Positions 42,491-53,472 of a stretch of DNA of 64,000 nucleotides are shown in pieces; position 1 is the stretch's first letter, and each line of letters begins with the position of its first letter. This DNA is from Candidatus Poribacteria bacterium. GTDB lineage: Bacteria > Poribacteria > WGA-4E > WGA-3G. Below the pieces are notes generated by a model, which had not been told where the DNA came from, did not search any database, and saw nothing but the letters and a program-made list of their open reading frames with translations. Location: positions 1,664,001-1,728,000 of the forward strand of contig CAXXUA010000005.1 in assembly GCA_963663765.2 (NCBI GenBank). The letters are read 5' to 3'. A program made the translations under genes and the position numbers.

Positions 42491-42537
42491 AAAAAAGAAA
42501 AGAGTAGAGAATTTGCTGGCACAAACTCTCTACTCTT
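42491..42537 (-). terminator. Intrinsic terminator downstream of the large minus-strand gene
   Basis: Hairpin aagagtagaga...tctctactctt preceded by an A run on + (T tail on -). Confidence 0.65.
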
Positions 42538-42712
42538 ATTAGGTTAGTTAGATAGGTAAGGTTAGTAATAGCACCAATAGGAAACCGCTGCAACGGCAAT
42601 TTACATCAGTCCCCTAAAGGTGTATTATGTATTAGATGAAATTCCTTCTATAAGGATACTGCAGTGTCCTTATATATAAGGAGAACTTGGTTAAATATCC
42701 CTGAATTTAACC

Positions 42713-45700
42713 CTATTGTACCTTCTTAATTTCGCCCCACTTCGTCGTCAACTTGTTCTCGGCAGAGATCAAACCTCTCAACTTAGTAGTAGCAAGCATT
42801 TGACGCTCGCCTGCGAAAGATACGTCTTCAATTTGATAATAATATACTTGACCAGGTTTCGCTGAAGCATCTACCCAATCATACGCATTACGTTCACCGG
42901 TCGTACCAGCACCTTGAATCATCTCGGCGTTGACCTGCTTATATTCACCATCACGAGACTCACTACGATAGACATTAAATCCAGCGTTGTCAAGCTCAGA
43001 TTCGGTTGTCCAACGGACTACGATTTTACCGTTTTCCAATGCTGGACGGAAGGAGGACAACTGAACTGGCAGCACCTGACCTTTAATCGCACCAGGTGTT
43101 CCATAATCATCTTCACTACCATACCAAGTATGTCTCACATAAATCGTATCAAAGTTGAACGCTGCAGCTTGGATCCACGCATATTGCGAAGGAACCACAC
43201 TGTCAAAGTCATTGAGGTCAATTGAACCCTGATCCACTGCGCCGGAACCAACAGCACCAAGAGTAAGGACATCAACAGCAGCAGCACCAAGGGCTGAACG
43301 TGCATTGCCTTCATCATAGAGACGAACGAACGAGGTGCGGTCACCCTCTTTAGTAAGGCCACTCGGGTAATCCCATGCAGCTGTATCGTTTGTGCGGGCT
43401 CTACCATCAAGGTTACCTATGACGTCTGCCGTATTTCCTTTACCGTCTTTCAACGCTATATGGAAATGTATCGGATTCAAGAAACGGTAACGATCATTCT
43501 TCACTCTGGCACCATCAACTTCAAATTCACTAAATTTGTCTCCATACTCTCTGATAACATTGAAGACACGGTCAGATTTGAAGATTATATCTGACCGAAG
43601 ATTATCACTGCCTGCTTGCGCATTGCGGGTAGGACTACCAGCAACAATCAGGATGGTCTGCTTCGGATAAATATACTTAACCTGACCTTTAGCTTTAAAG
43701 TTAAGGGTTCTGATTTCATCACCTGGTGTTTCAATCACCAATTCCCAACCATTATCGGCATCAAGATTCACGGTTTTGGTAGCAGAATTATTTGCGATTT
43801 CAATCCACTGTGGCAGTCTACGGCTAGCAGAACTACCAATAGAAAGCATTAACTCACTAATAACTACGTCGCCAGTGAAATCTGCGGCAAGATTCTTTTG
43901 CGGATTATGATAACCGGGATCACCACCGTGTATTGCAGCATTAGCCACATCACGTCTATATCCAATACCAGTAAAACCAGCATCTACAAATACAGGTCTA
44001 CCGTTATTATTTTCAATTCTACCTGTGCCAAATCGGTCGCCATCTTTGTTGTCTTTATCAACTGACCGACGATGCACTTTGTTTTCCGTAAGGTTATTCC
44101 CGGAAACTGGTCCTGGGAAATTATCCAAGGGCCACAAACCTGTGCTGGAAACTGGATTCGGATACGGATTGGCAGATAAGTTAGCATAGCCTGCCATATC
44201 AACGATCTTATCAAAATCATTCCTACCGGTTTCTGATATATCATTCTTACCAGCATTATCTGGACGGCGCAGCACTAACACAAAGTTACCATTCGGGATA
44301 CCGTTGCTTCCAAAACTTACGACCTTATACCTTGGCACATGATCGCCTTTGAAACCCGGCACCTGATCTTCCACTGCCTTATCAATGTCGTAACCAATAG
44401 CTATCGGATGATCATTGTCATCTGCTGGGTTTGAAGCAAGCAAGAGCAACACACCATTTGCCGCAATATTAGTAGTTTCATTTGGGAAACGATACAGAAT
44501 GGATTCTGCATTCACTCCCGTTATCGTAGTTATAATGTATGCACGCAAATCCACAGCAGAACCTGTTCTATTCCGAAGTTCAATCCATTCATAAGCTTTA
44601 TCGGCAGTGGAACGGTTCCCAATCTCATTGAACACAACAGCAAGACTATCACTAAGATTCGTCCTTCCTGCTTTCGTGTGAAGTGTTATACCTGTACGGT
44701 TATTCACATCACCAGGTGTGCCTCTGTAATCAAAAAGAACTGGAATGTTGGAAATGCCACCTGATGTATGGGTTGTCTGTCCGCGGACATAAGCACCTAT
44801 GGACGTAGCCCAATGTGAGTCTTTTGTACCCTTGCGTTTCGTGTAATTCTGAGAAGCACTAAAAGCAGGCTGCTTATCCGGAAGGATACGGTGCATTGAG
44901 GCGAAAGGTACACCTTCTACACTGTTACCATCCTGACCTTTACCGACAACATCCCATCCATTGTTAGCTTGATTGCCATCATTTCGAATGTTTTGGATAG
45001 CATCAACAACCATAGTACCAGAATGGTCAAGGTTACCAAGAAGATTGTCACCAGCAGCTGTATTGACAAGGATTCCACCACTGATAAGTCCATCTCCACC
45101 TTTTTGTGCATAGATCAGAACTACAACGGGTTTACTATTGAGATTTTGGAGTTCAATCCACTGTCCTGCTGCTTGTTCGTCTGCAGTTCCTTGTCGCAGA
45201 TCACGCGCCCACATAATTTCACTGATACCTACACTACCGCGAGCTGGTGTGGCAAGTCTTCCTACCAGATTTCCGTCTTCGTCTGTCATATCGTTTTCAT
45301 GAGCATTAACAGACCTTCTCACGACGAGTGCACCACCATGATTCTGAGCACTTCTCAGGAAAAGATCGTGTAAATCCGGCATATCTCCCCAGACTTCGAC
45401 ATTAACATCTGTGCCGTTAACCGGCGGAACTTGCGGAAATTCCAATGCGCCTTCAGTTTCGCTCATCGATCTAACGAGAACAACATAAGATTCTGCTGGA
45501 ATCTCTAACTTCATTATGTTTGATGGTGAAGTCGGATTGTTATCAGCTGGCGGTACAATGACTGTATAAGTAAGCATCTGAGAACCAGCTTGGTGACCAG
45601 TCTTGGTCCATGAAACCGTAATTGTCACCGCACCTGCTGCCTGAGCAGCTGGAATCGTGAGAGTGCGTGTTGTGCCAGTACCACTAATGGCACCTACACT

Positions 45701-47155
45701 TGCAGTTACAGTACCAGGATCTGCAGCAAAGGTTAAAGTGATTTCTGTACCTCGCATGACATTACCACTTGCTGGAGCCGCTGACGTAAACGCCACTGCA
45801 GCATCAGGAGGAATTACAACTGTGTAATTAAGTACCTGCCGTCCGCCTTTATCCCATGTAAGCACGATTTCCTGTGCACCAGCAGTACTTCCAACCGTGA
45901 CAGTGCGTGTGTTGCCAGTGCCGGTGACGGTAGCATTTGTAGCATTTACAGTGCCAGGATCTTTATCAAAGGTCACTGTGATTGTGCCACCAGGTCCTAC
46001 ATTACCACTTGCTGGAGACGCACGTGTAAACGCAGCAGCAGGTGATTGACTCGCCGCCAACTTCACTGAAACAACACCGCTACCTTCGTTACCGGCTTTA
46101 TCAACAGGAACTATAGTGATAGTAACATTTTCTCCTGCTGTTGTATCACGACCTGCCTTCGGTGTAATTCTAACAAGATACTCCGTGTCTGTCTCAGTAT
46201 TATCTGCTGTGCCTAATCCTATAGCTTCAACTTCAAGCTTATCATTGTCTGTTTCAATGCTGACAGGATTTACATCTGGTAATCCACTACCACCATCTTC
46301 ATCTCCAACAGAGAAGGTGAGAAGGAAAGTGCTATTCCATACACCGTCAGAGGGTGTGGGGAAACCAGCAGGTGCAGCTACGGTAATAGCATTATTAGTT
46401 ATTGTCGGTGCTGTATCATCAAAAGTAACCATTGCCTGACCGTCTGCTGCTACAGTAGCCTGCGTGGCGTAAGAAGCACTGAGGTCCACTGTGCTACTAC
46501 CTGAGGTGCCACTAACACCCAAAGTTGAACGAAATGTTACTCGGTTAGTTCCGCTAACACTTACAATTTGTAAGCCAGCACTATTAGTACCATCTACCGT
46601 TACATCACTTACATGGAGCGGAGCAACCGGGGCACCATTCGTATCAGCAACCGCAGCTGCAAAATTAAATGTCACAGTTACTGTTCCATTAAAGGATACA
46701 TAGTATTCAGAAACGGCAAGTTCTGCTAACTTTGGAAGCAAAGTCAAGGTCGTTGATGCAAGTGTTGCACCAGGACCACCTGCTGGAAAGGTTACACGCT
46801 GATACGTATTAGCGGCTATTACGACTTGCACTGCAATGACATCACCAATGCCAGCAGCGATCGTGCCTTCAGACATAAGAACTGTTGCTGTTGCTGCATC
46901 AAAACCTGTTTGGGTGCCTTGTGCAGCTGCTGTAGTCCCAGCAGGATCCAAATATGTAACGTCCGGGTCATTGGTATCAGCAAGACCACCAATAGTAACA
47001 TCCCAGCCTGGATCGTCTGCTGTGTTGTCATCATTTAAATCATCAGTCCATGTAGCTGCAATTGTCTGTGCCATCACGGTTGGGGCAAAGATCATCCCAA
47101 CAGCAAGCAACACAGAAAAAACTAAGTAAAATGTCAATTTATTTGACAAGTACAT
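42713..47155 (-). CDS. Large secreted surface protein: Ig-like repeats, three lamin-tail-like domains, C-terminal Ig domain and KLTTKWGEIK motif
   Basis: Signal peptide; two T/A-rich repeats (FT.A.PASGNV..G..IT.TF..DPGTV); LTD-like motifs ISEIMW..QWIEL, FNEIG..EWIEL, ISELM..QWIEI; LPVQLSSF..WTTESE.DNAGFN..YYYQIEDV. Confidence 0.85.
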   Translation of the reverse strand: MYLSNKLTFYLVFSVLLAVGMIFAPTVMAQTIAATWTDDLNDDNTADDPGWDVTIGGLADTNDPDVTYLDPAGTTAAAQGTQTGFDAATATVLMSEGTIAAGIGDVIAVQVVIAANTYQRVTFPAGGPGATLASTTLTLLPKLAELAVSEYYVSFNGTVTVTFNFAAAVADTNGAPVAPLHVSDVTVDGTNSAGLQIVSVSGTNRVTFRSTLGVSGTSGSSTVDLSASYATQATVAADGQAMVTFDDTAPTITNNAITVAAPAGFPTPSDGVWNSTFLLTFSVGDEDGGSGLPDVNPVSIETDNDKLEVEAIGLGTADNTETDTEYLVRITPKAGRDTTAGENVTITIVPVDKAGNEGSGVVSVKLAASQSPAAAFTRASPASGNVGPGGTITVTFDKDPGTVNATNATVTGTGNTRTVTVGSTAGAQEIVLTWDKGGRQVLNYTVVIPPDAAVAFTSAAPASGNVMRGTEITLTFAADPGTVTASVGAISGTGTTRTLTIPAAQAAGAVTITVSWTKTGHQAGSQMLTYTVIVPPADNNPTSPSNIMKLEIPAESYVVLVRSMSETEGALEFPQVPPVNGTDVNVEVWGDMPDLHDLFLRSAQNHGGALVVRRSVNAHENDMTDEDGNLVGRLATPARGSVGISEIMWARDLRQGTADEQAAGQWIELQNLNSKPVVVLIYAQKGGDGLISGGILVNTAAGDNLLGNLDHSGTMVVDAIQNIRNDGNQANNGWDVVGKGQDGNSVEGVPFASMHRILPDKQPAFSASQNYTKRKGTKDSHWATSIGAYVRGQTTHTSGGISNIPVLFDYRGTPGDVNNRTGITLHTKAGRTNLSDSLAVVFNEIGNRSTADKAYEWIELRNRTGSAVDLRAYIITTITGVNAESILYRFPNETTNIAANGVLLLLASNPADDNDHPIAIGYDIDKAVEDQVPGFKGDHVPRYKVVSFGSNGIPNGNFVLVLRRPDNAGKNDISETGRNDFDKIVDMAGYANLSANPYPNPVSSTGLWPLDNFPGPVSGNNLTENKVHRRSVDKDNKDGDRFGTGRIENNNGRPVFVDAGFTGIGYRRDVANAAIHGGDPGYHNPQKNLAADFTGDVVISELMLSIGSSASRRLPQWIEIANNSATKTVNLDADNGWELVIETPGDEIRTLNFKAKGQVKYIYPKQTILIVAGSPTRNAQAGSDNLRSDIIFKSDRVFNVIREYGDKFSEFEVDGARVKNDRYRFLNPIHFHIALKDGKGNTADVIGNLDGRARTNDTAAWDYPSGLTKEGDRTSFVRLYDEGNARSALGAAAVDVLTLGAVGSGAVDQGSIDLNDFDSVVPSQYAWIQAAAFNFDTIYVRHTWYGSEDDYGTPGAIKGQVLPVQLSSFRPALENGKIVVRWTTESELDNAGFNVYRSESRDGEYKQVNAEMIQGAGTTGERNAYDWVDASAKPGQVYYYQIEDVSFAGERQMLATTKLRGLISAENKLTTKWGEIKKVQ

Positions 47156-48119
47156 TTTATACTCCTTTTAGATATATTAAATTCAAGTTAAGATTCAGGG
47201 ATCAATTCCTGTTAATCTAATCTTCCAATCTATACTATAAATATACGCATATTGTGTGAAAAAAACAGGCTTGCCTGTTTACCTATCTCAATCGGTGTCA
47301 CATTGTCGTCTGTTCTTAATAGAAGTTTCGTGTCTACCGATTGTTTTTTCTTGCATCTTGAAACTACGAAGCACTAACCTAAAACTATTAACCTTGCTCC
47401 GTTCAATCTACAAAATCTAAAAACCTCTTCCGTAGGTGTTAAGATCACCCACGTTTTCTTATGTTAGTTAATTATATGACAATTTATATAAAATGTCAAA
47501 TTATTTTTTCTATGTCTTACAATTTAATTATAGAAATGGTATTCCAAATAAGAAATATCATTACATCTGTATTATATATATATATATATCCAAACCAAAA
47601 CCTGCTTTTTGTATATGGTAGGTTTTAGTTGTCTATCCCATCATAACGTAGTTGCATATTGAACAGACATGTTAATAATAACATAAATATTAATTATTTG
47701 CAACTAATTTATGATACTATTTTATTTATTTTATGTCTTAATATGAATTATTAAAACATATTGTATACTAATATACGTTATAAGTCAAATAAAAATTACA
47801 AGAAAATTCACTTTTTTTGCGAAAAATCTCCATAAAATGTAAAATCCTTGAAAAATAAACGTTTTTTTGCTATTATATTAAGCAGGACTTACGCATTAAA
47901 TTGTAGGCGTGCTTTGTAAGCGCGCTGGAAAAGGTAACAAACATGGGTTGGTGCAAATCCTAAGTGTGCCGATCACTTGTTCTTAGGTTAGTTGGTACAT
48001 TCGGAAAACGAATGTTTTATATTTACACACATATATATTAAGGGCATCGGTGTCATTTTGGCAAGTTTGACACTGTGAAGGGGAGACTTTCGTTTTCCTT
48101 TGTGCCAATTTGATTTCTG

Positions 48120-48366
48120 TGAGAAAATCTCTTACGGTAGGAGCGACCTCCTGCGGGAGAATATCTCTTACGGTAGGAGCGACCTCCTATGGGAGAAAAT
48201 CTCTTACGGTAGGAGCGACCTCTTGTGGAAGAAAATCTCTTACGGTAGGAGCGACCTCCTGGTCGCGACCGTACAGAGACCAGGTATCAAAACAGTCGTA
48301 ACCGGTAGGAGCAACCTCTTATGGGAGGAAATCTCTTACGGTAGGAGCGACCTCCTGGTCGCGACC
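48120..48366 (+). repeat. Tandem array of truncated and complete GTAG REPs (~34-bp period)
   Basis: gagaaaatctcttacggtaggagcgacctc units repeated. Confidence 0.85.
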
Positions 48367-48500
48367 GTATTCAAATTTATCGCAAACAGGAATTCGCACA
48401 TACAAAATTGGGGCTGGAACATCAAAAACACAATCCGTGTAATCCGCGATTCCGAACAAACACCGTGAAATCCTGAAAATCTTGGTTCAAACAAACATCT

Positions 48501-51500
48501 ATGAATAACATACAAAAAATAATCCAAAATTGCCACGAACAGCATGCAGTCAGAGACGCACTCCGACAACGCAAAACCGTCGTAACACTCACAATGCATA
48601 AACCCCTACCATATCAAATTAAGGTACATTGTGCACGGCGTAATCCTCTGACACTTAAAGAACTGGAAAATGCAAACATCTCCTTTATGCCGATCGGACA
48701 CGCACCAGATAATGACCACGCACCACAAGATTTTGATGGACACCGGTTCAAAAGACAACAGAAATTGGGATGTTGGACTATGAGACAGTGGCGAGAATCA
48801 TGGGGTATTCAGATATATACAGGCATACCATCACAACGTGAAGGTGCATTATGGCACGACTTTGAAATCAAATATGACGCTATATGTGCTGCACCACAAG
48901 CTGTTACGACCTGCTTAGAAACACTCCTGAACCTAACAGCAAACCCACTCTTAACCATAACAAAATCCGGTGGACTGCGGTTCTCTTGCCGAATCCAAAA
49001 TTACCTACATCCAAACACGGACAAAGCAAAATATTACATCTATAAACACAAACCAACCAAAGATAAACCCAACCACCGTGTAATCTATATGGAAGTCCGG
49101 GGCGACGAAGGATACAGCCGCTGGGATATGCGGTATGAAATTCTCTTGGGCAACCTGTTAGAGCCACCCATCATATCTAAAGAAGTCGTGTTCGCACCTA
49201 TCCATCAACTCCGTGCTACACTTCACGAACCCGAACCCTCACAACAAAACATCGTAAAAACTACCGATGTGAATCTACCCGCTTTCAGTTCAGCTAATCT
49301 TGAACTTGCAAAAGAAGCATTTTTAAAACGCGGTTATGCTTACTATCAAGAATCAAACAGTATTCACTATTGGAAACACGGTGATGAGTACGTGTTAATG
49401 TGGGAGGATCAAGGGATTGTATGGATGCGGGCAGCAACGCCGAATACCGAAATACCAACAACAGCAGTGGCAATCACAGATATATGGCATGACACAAGCA
49501 TTTCAACAAAAACAGAAATTAGAGAAACATTTGATGCTATTCGAAAAGGCGACCTGAGTCCATTGGCAATAAAACGCCTGCCACCGAATCTTCACAAGTC
49601 TCAAACAACATCAAAACAGTACCTATCACTGAAAACCCAACAGACGCAACTAAGACAATTTTTGGAGCGCGATACCCGTATTCTTGCATTCACATCTTCA
49701 GATGCAAATATATTCACAAACACCGAAGTCGAAAAACTACTCCTAAAAAACAATACAACCTGTTTAAACATATCCTCTCGCAGATTAGCCGAGACAGCAG
49801 AAGAACGGTACAGAACAAATAGCCAAACCACCGTCGCACGATGGCGTTCAAGACTATACCGATGGGAAGAAGTTAAAGATATACCCACAAACACCCGCAT
49901 GGCAAATCCTTTCCAACACGGTAATATGTGTGAAGACCCCGAACGATGTAGAACCCTCGAAAAAAAAGGAGGAAATCCCGATGTTAGTTTATGTCCAAAG
50001 TGTCCTGCAAATGTCGCATGCAAAGAACGCGGTTTTCTATCACAACCCACCACATTACAAAACGCAAACGCAAAAATCTCCGCAATCGGTGAATTGTTTA
50101 TGGAGCCACGGCACGCACACTTGGTAGAGAAAATATTGCATCCTACAGACGACGCACAAGATATCTGCATCATTGATGAACGCAAAACATCAATTAAAGC
50201 ACTATTTCTCAAATGTATGTTATCAAAAAACGTTATAAAGGAGTGGCGTATCAATTGGCAAGGACATGCTTTGGGAAACTTCGCAACTGCTTTAAACAAT
50301 GCAATTGAAACACATGGAGAACCTTACAGCAATCCTATCGGACAAGTGCGCGCTGCTGTCCAAGCCTTCAAACAACACGAAGATGAGATTATAAAGCAGA
50401 TGTGTTACATTAATGTACAGGGCAGAGTTGTTGAACGCACAACTGTAGATACCGAAACTGAAACCGAATTAGCACATTACGCTATTGACTTTCAAGACAG
50501 AGGAACTGCTGTAATCCCTTTGGACGACAAGGCTGAAAATAGACTGCGCGAAATGGGGATGCCGACTTTATCAGGCAATTCCTTTACGCCTAACGAGGAT
50601 GTCTCTATACAAATAGATATAACACAAGCTATCACATTCGGCATCCTTGATCTCCAAACCTTAGAGAATATTGAGTCCTTTCCAACCGTCTGTCCAGACC
50701 CAAACTGGACGTATTGGCATCAGTTGAAGCAATTCTTCACACATTACACGCGGGATGCAGATACACCAATGTATTGGAACAATACATATCTGACCTTTTG
50801 GTTACCACCCAAGCTGCATCCAAACATCAAACGACTCATATTTTCAACACATTTTTTCACCGAACAGCAACTTCATAGGATATTCCCGAATGAAAACATG
50901 GATGTCATTCATCTTGAACCGACAACATGGATGCCAGGCAACAAGCTCTTTCAAATACGCACAAGCAGCAAATCGCAACAGACAACACTAAAATACAACA
51001 GTCATACAGATAACATGGAGTTAACGAAAATAGGTGAACGGTATATCATCGGTATCCGCGCAGAAATTGAAAAAGACATGAATATAAAGCACGGTATCTT
51101 CACACATCTGGCTATTGTGAATAAAATACAGGACATTACAGTGAAACCGAATGTCTGTTTTGTAAAGAGTTTCAAAACTATTCTGTATGAAGATATAGAT
51201 GTTGAAGCGGTACAAGTGTTATGGATAATCGGTTTACCACGATGGGAACAACGTACCATATTACAGCAAACACGTATGTTGTTTGGGAACGACGAAAAAC
51301 CAATCAATTACAATGAAGAAATATGGACAGATGACTATAAAGATGAACGTATGGGAGATGTTCATCATCAATCTATAGTGGGATTACTCACGCAAATTAT
51401 AGGACGCGCAGGTTTGAACCACAGTAGCGCCAATAACGCCAGTAACAGAAGTAAACACAAGACGGTGATGCTACTAAACAACTATGAACTGCGGGACATT

Positions 51501-51917
51501 ACAGATAGACCCCAAACGCTCCTTTTTGACTGGGAAGACTTTGAAATCGCCGGTGGAATAGATAAACTTGAGGAAACCATCCGCATACGCGAAGGATTTG
51601 AAGCCGAACGGGATAACTTCACCGCAGAAACCAGCAGAAAAGAAGTAGAACGTGTGTTAGGATGTTCCTCAAGACAAGCAAACCGTGTGTTACAGAAAAT
51701 ACGCGGTGGCAACATCCCAAGAGTTTCATACAGAGAACAGATCCTCTTTCTCCTCTCTTCCGGGCGTGAAAAAACAACAGCATCCCTCATCGCTGCCATT
51801 GATAGCAGTCCGCAGGCAATCGGAAATGAACTCAACCGCCTCTTAAATGAAGGCAAGATCATCCGTGTACGCAGAGGCGTCTACACACTCCCCGAATATC
51901 ACCGACCAAGTTCATAG
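48501..51917 (+). CDS. Large hypothetical protein: primase-polymerase-like N-terminus, Cys cluster, degenerate helicase-like region, C-terminal winged HTH
   Basis: WGIQIYTG..WHDFE and ITKSGGLRF resemble Prim-Pol motifs; CEDPERC..CPKCP..C; IIDE and QIIGRAG resemble helicase motifs II and VI; ELNRLLNEGKIIRVRRGVY wHTH. Confidence 0.6.
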   Translation: MNNIQKIIQNCHEQHAVRDALRQRKTVVTLTMHKPLPYQIKVHCARRNPLTLKELENANISFMPIGHAPDNDHAPQDFDGHRFKRQQKLGCWTMRQWRESWGIQIYTGIPSQREGALWHDFEIKYDAICAAPQAVTTCLETLLNLTANPLLTITKSGGLRFSCRIQNYLHPNTDKAKYYIYKHKPTKDKPNHRVIYMEVRGDEGYSRWDMRYEILLGNLLEPPIISKEVVFAPIHQLRATLHEPEPSQQNIVKTTDVNLPAFSSANLELAKEAFLKRGYAYYQESNSIHYWKHGDEYVLMWEDQGIVWMRAATPNTEIPTTAVAITDIWHDTSISTKTEIRETFDAIRKGDLSPLAIKRLPPNLHKSQTTSKQYLSLKTQQTQLRQFLERDTRILAFTSSDANIFTNTEVEKLLLKNNTTCLNISSRRLAETAEERYRTNSQTTVARWRSRLYRWEEVKDIPTNTRMANPFQHGNMCEDPERCRTLEKKGGNPDVSLCPKCPANVACKERGFLSQPTTLQNANAKISAIGELFMEPRHAHLVEKILHPTDDAQDICIIDERKTSIKALFLKCMLSKNVIKEWRINWQGHALGNFATALNNAIETHGEPYSNPIGQVRAAVQAFKQHEDEIIKQMCYINVQGRVVERTTVDTETETELAHYAIDFQDRGTAVIPLDDKAENRLREMGMPTLSGNSFTPNEDVSIQIDITQAITFGILDLQTLENIESFPTVCPDPNWTYWHQLKQFFTHYTRDADTPMYWNNTYLTFWLPPKLHPNIKRLIFSTHFFTEQQLHRIFPNENMDVIHLEPTTWMPGNKLFQIRTSSKSQQTTLKYNSHTDNMELTKIGERYIIGIRAEIEKDMNIKHGIFTHLAIVNKIQDITVKPNVCFVKSFKTILYEDIDVEAVQVLWIIGLPRWEQRTILQQTRMLFGNDEKPINYNEEIWTDDYKDERMGDVHHQSIVGLLTQIIGRAGLNHSSANNASNRSKHKTVMLLNNYELRDITDRPQTLLFDWEDFEIAGGIDKLEETIRIREGFEAERDNFTAETSRKEVERVLGCSSRQANRVLQKIRGGNIPRVSYREQILFLLSSGREKTTASLIAAIDSSPQAIGNELNRLLNEGKIIRVRRGVYTLPEYHRPSS

Positions 51918-51958
51918 ATCGGGTTTCGCAAACTCAACCGTATTGGCGTAAACTTTCT

Positions 51959-52560
51959 TGTGGGAGGGGTTTTCAACCCCGATTTCTTCGGTAGGAGCGA
52001 CCTCCTGGTCGCGACCGTTTTCAACCCCGATTTCTTCGGTAGGAGCGACCTCCTGGTCGCGACCGTCAAACCAAACCTACAACTATTGGTAGGAGCGACC
52101 TCCTGGTCGCGACCGTTTTCAACCCCGACCGTGTGTGAGGATTTGTCTGAACCAGGATTTTCAGGATTAGTAGATTTTCAGGATTTCACTCATTAGATGT
52201 TTTGATGCACATTGATGTTTTCTTTTGAATGGTGCCAAAATGCGACAGACTCACAATCCTGGAAATCTGTAAATCCTGTGAATCCTGGTTCAGACAGAAT
52301 CCGCGTAAACAGTCGGGGTTGAAAACCCCAATTTCTTCGGTAGGAGCGACCTCCTGGTCGCGACCGTTTTCAACTCCATCGCGACCATGCACCGCGCTGG
52401 TAGGAGCGACCTCCTGGTCGCGACCGTACACCGCGCTGGTAGGAGCGACCTCCTGGTCGCGACCGTTTTCAACCCCAATTTCTTCGGTAGGAGGGACGCT
52501 CTTGTGGGAGGGGTTTTCAACCCCGATTTCTTCGGTAGGAGCAACCTCCTGGTCGCGACC
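51959..52560. repeat. Mixed REP cluster (GTAG and GTGG hairpins) around an inverted-repeat pair
   Basis: gtaggagcgacctcctggtcgcgacc and gtgggaggggttttcaaccccga units; inverted pair tctgaaccaggattttcagga (52146) / tcctgtgaatcctggttcaga (~52274). Confidence 0.85.
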
Positions 52561-52635
52561 GTCTTTGAATACCTATGCCATACGCGCAATCACCCAATGG
52601 CATTCCCCGCGTCGCTCTTTCAAATTCATCTGCCA

Positions 52636-53451
52636 TCAAATCGTAACAACTTGCGGCTCCTGTTCTATATTCAAATTGTGTTCTGCAGCCCATGCTGCAA
52701 CCGCACCACCCCCACCACCGAGAAACTGCTTACCCATGTCATCAACATTTTTCAACACATCCGCATCCGGCTGCAGCTTGTCATTATAATACAACAGATA
52801 GCCTTCCGGTTTCAGCCAAGTATAGTGATAACCGTAAATGACAATCTTAGCCGTCTGATCCGTCCAGTTCGGTGCGGTGGTATGGTAGATACGGTTTTCA
52901 AAAAAATACGCATCACCAGCACGCAGGAGCGGTTCATCGTAAGACTCAATCGGATCAATCTTACCTTCAGGTATACCCAACGGTTCACCCGAAATATGGC
53001 TTTTTCGGACAAACAGAGTCGTCCCAGAATTCGGCACACTACAATCGGTTAGGCAATACGCTACCTTCAGTCCAACACACGGGCAATTCTTGTGACCAAG
53101 GTCCAAATGCAAACCAACATCCCGATGCCAGCCGCGATTCTCCGGCAGTTCAGACGGTTGCGGACGCTTATAAAGCAGTGCAGTATTAGTTATATGTAAA
53201 TTTGTACCAAGCAGTTGAATAACTAACGGTATCGCTTTCGTCTGTGAGGTCAATTCAGCAAACGCAGGTTCTTGCACCAACCCATCACGTTTGTGTACGT
53301 ACTGTGCATCTGTATCCATTAAGTCTACAATACGATCACCTGCTTCAGTCAAACGCGCGATCATCTCCTCATCAAGAACAGAACGCACAATGAAATATCC
53401 GTTTTCCTCAAATTCCTCACGTTGTGCATCTGTCAACTGGACAAATTCCAT
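52636..53451 (-). CDS. Phytanoyl-CoA dioxygenase (PhyH) family protein
   Basis: LT..Q...FEENGY, WHRD (HxD), AGDAYFF...YH.T.PN motifs. Confidence 0.88.
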   Translation of the reverse strand: MEFVQLTDAQREEFEENGYFIVRSVLDEEMIARLTEAGDRIVDLMDTDAQYVHKRDGLVQEPAFAELTSQTKAIPLVIQLLGTNLHITNTALLYKRPQPSELPENRGWHRDVGLHLDLGHKNCPCVGLKVAYCLTDCSVPNSGTTLFVRKSHISGEPLGIPEGKIDPIESYDEPLLRAGDAYFFENRIYHTTAPNWTDQTAKIVIYGYHYTWLKPEGYLLYYNDKLQPDADVLKNVDDMGKQFLGGGGGAVAAWAAEHNLNIEQEPQVVTI

Positions 53452-53472
53452 GATTATTGCTCCTATACAATA

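Noticed and set aside
47480-47880. Very AT-rich tract with a TA microsatellite as a possible replication origin next to the primase-like gene
   Set aside because: No iterons or DnaA-box cluster recognised; adequately explained as a divergent promoter region.
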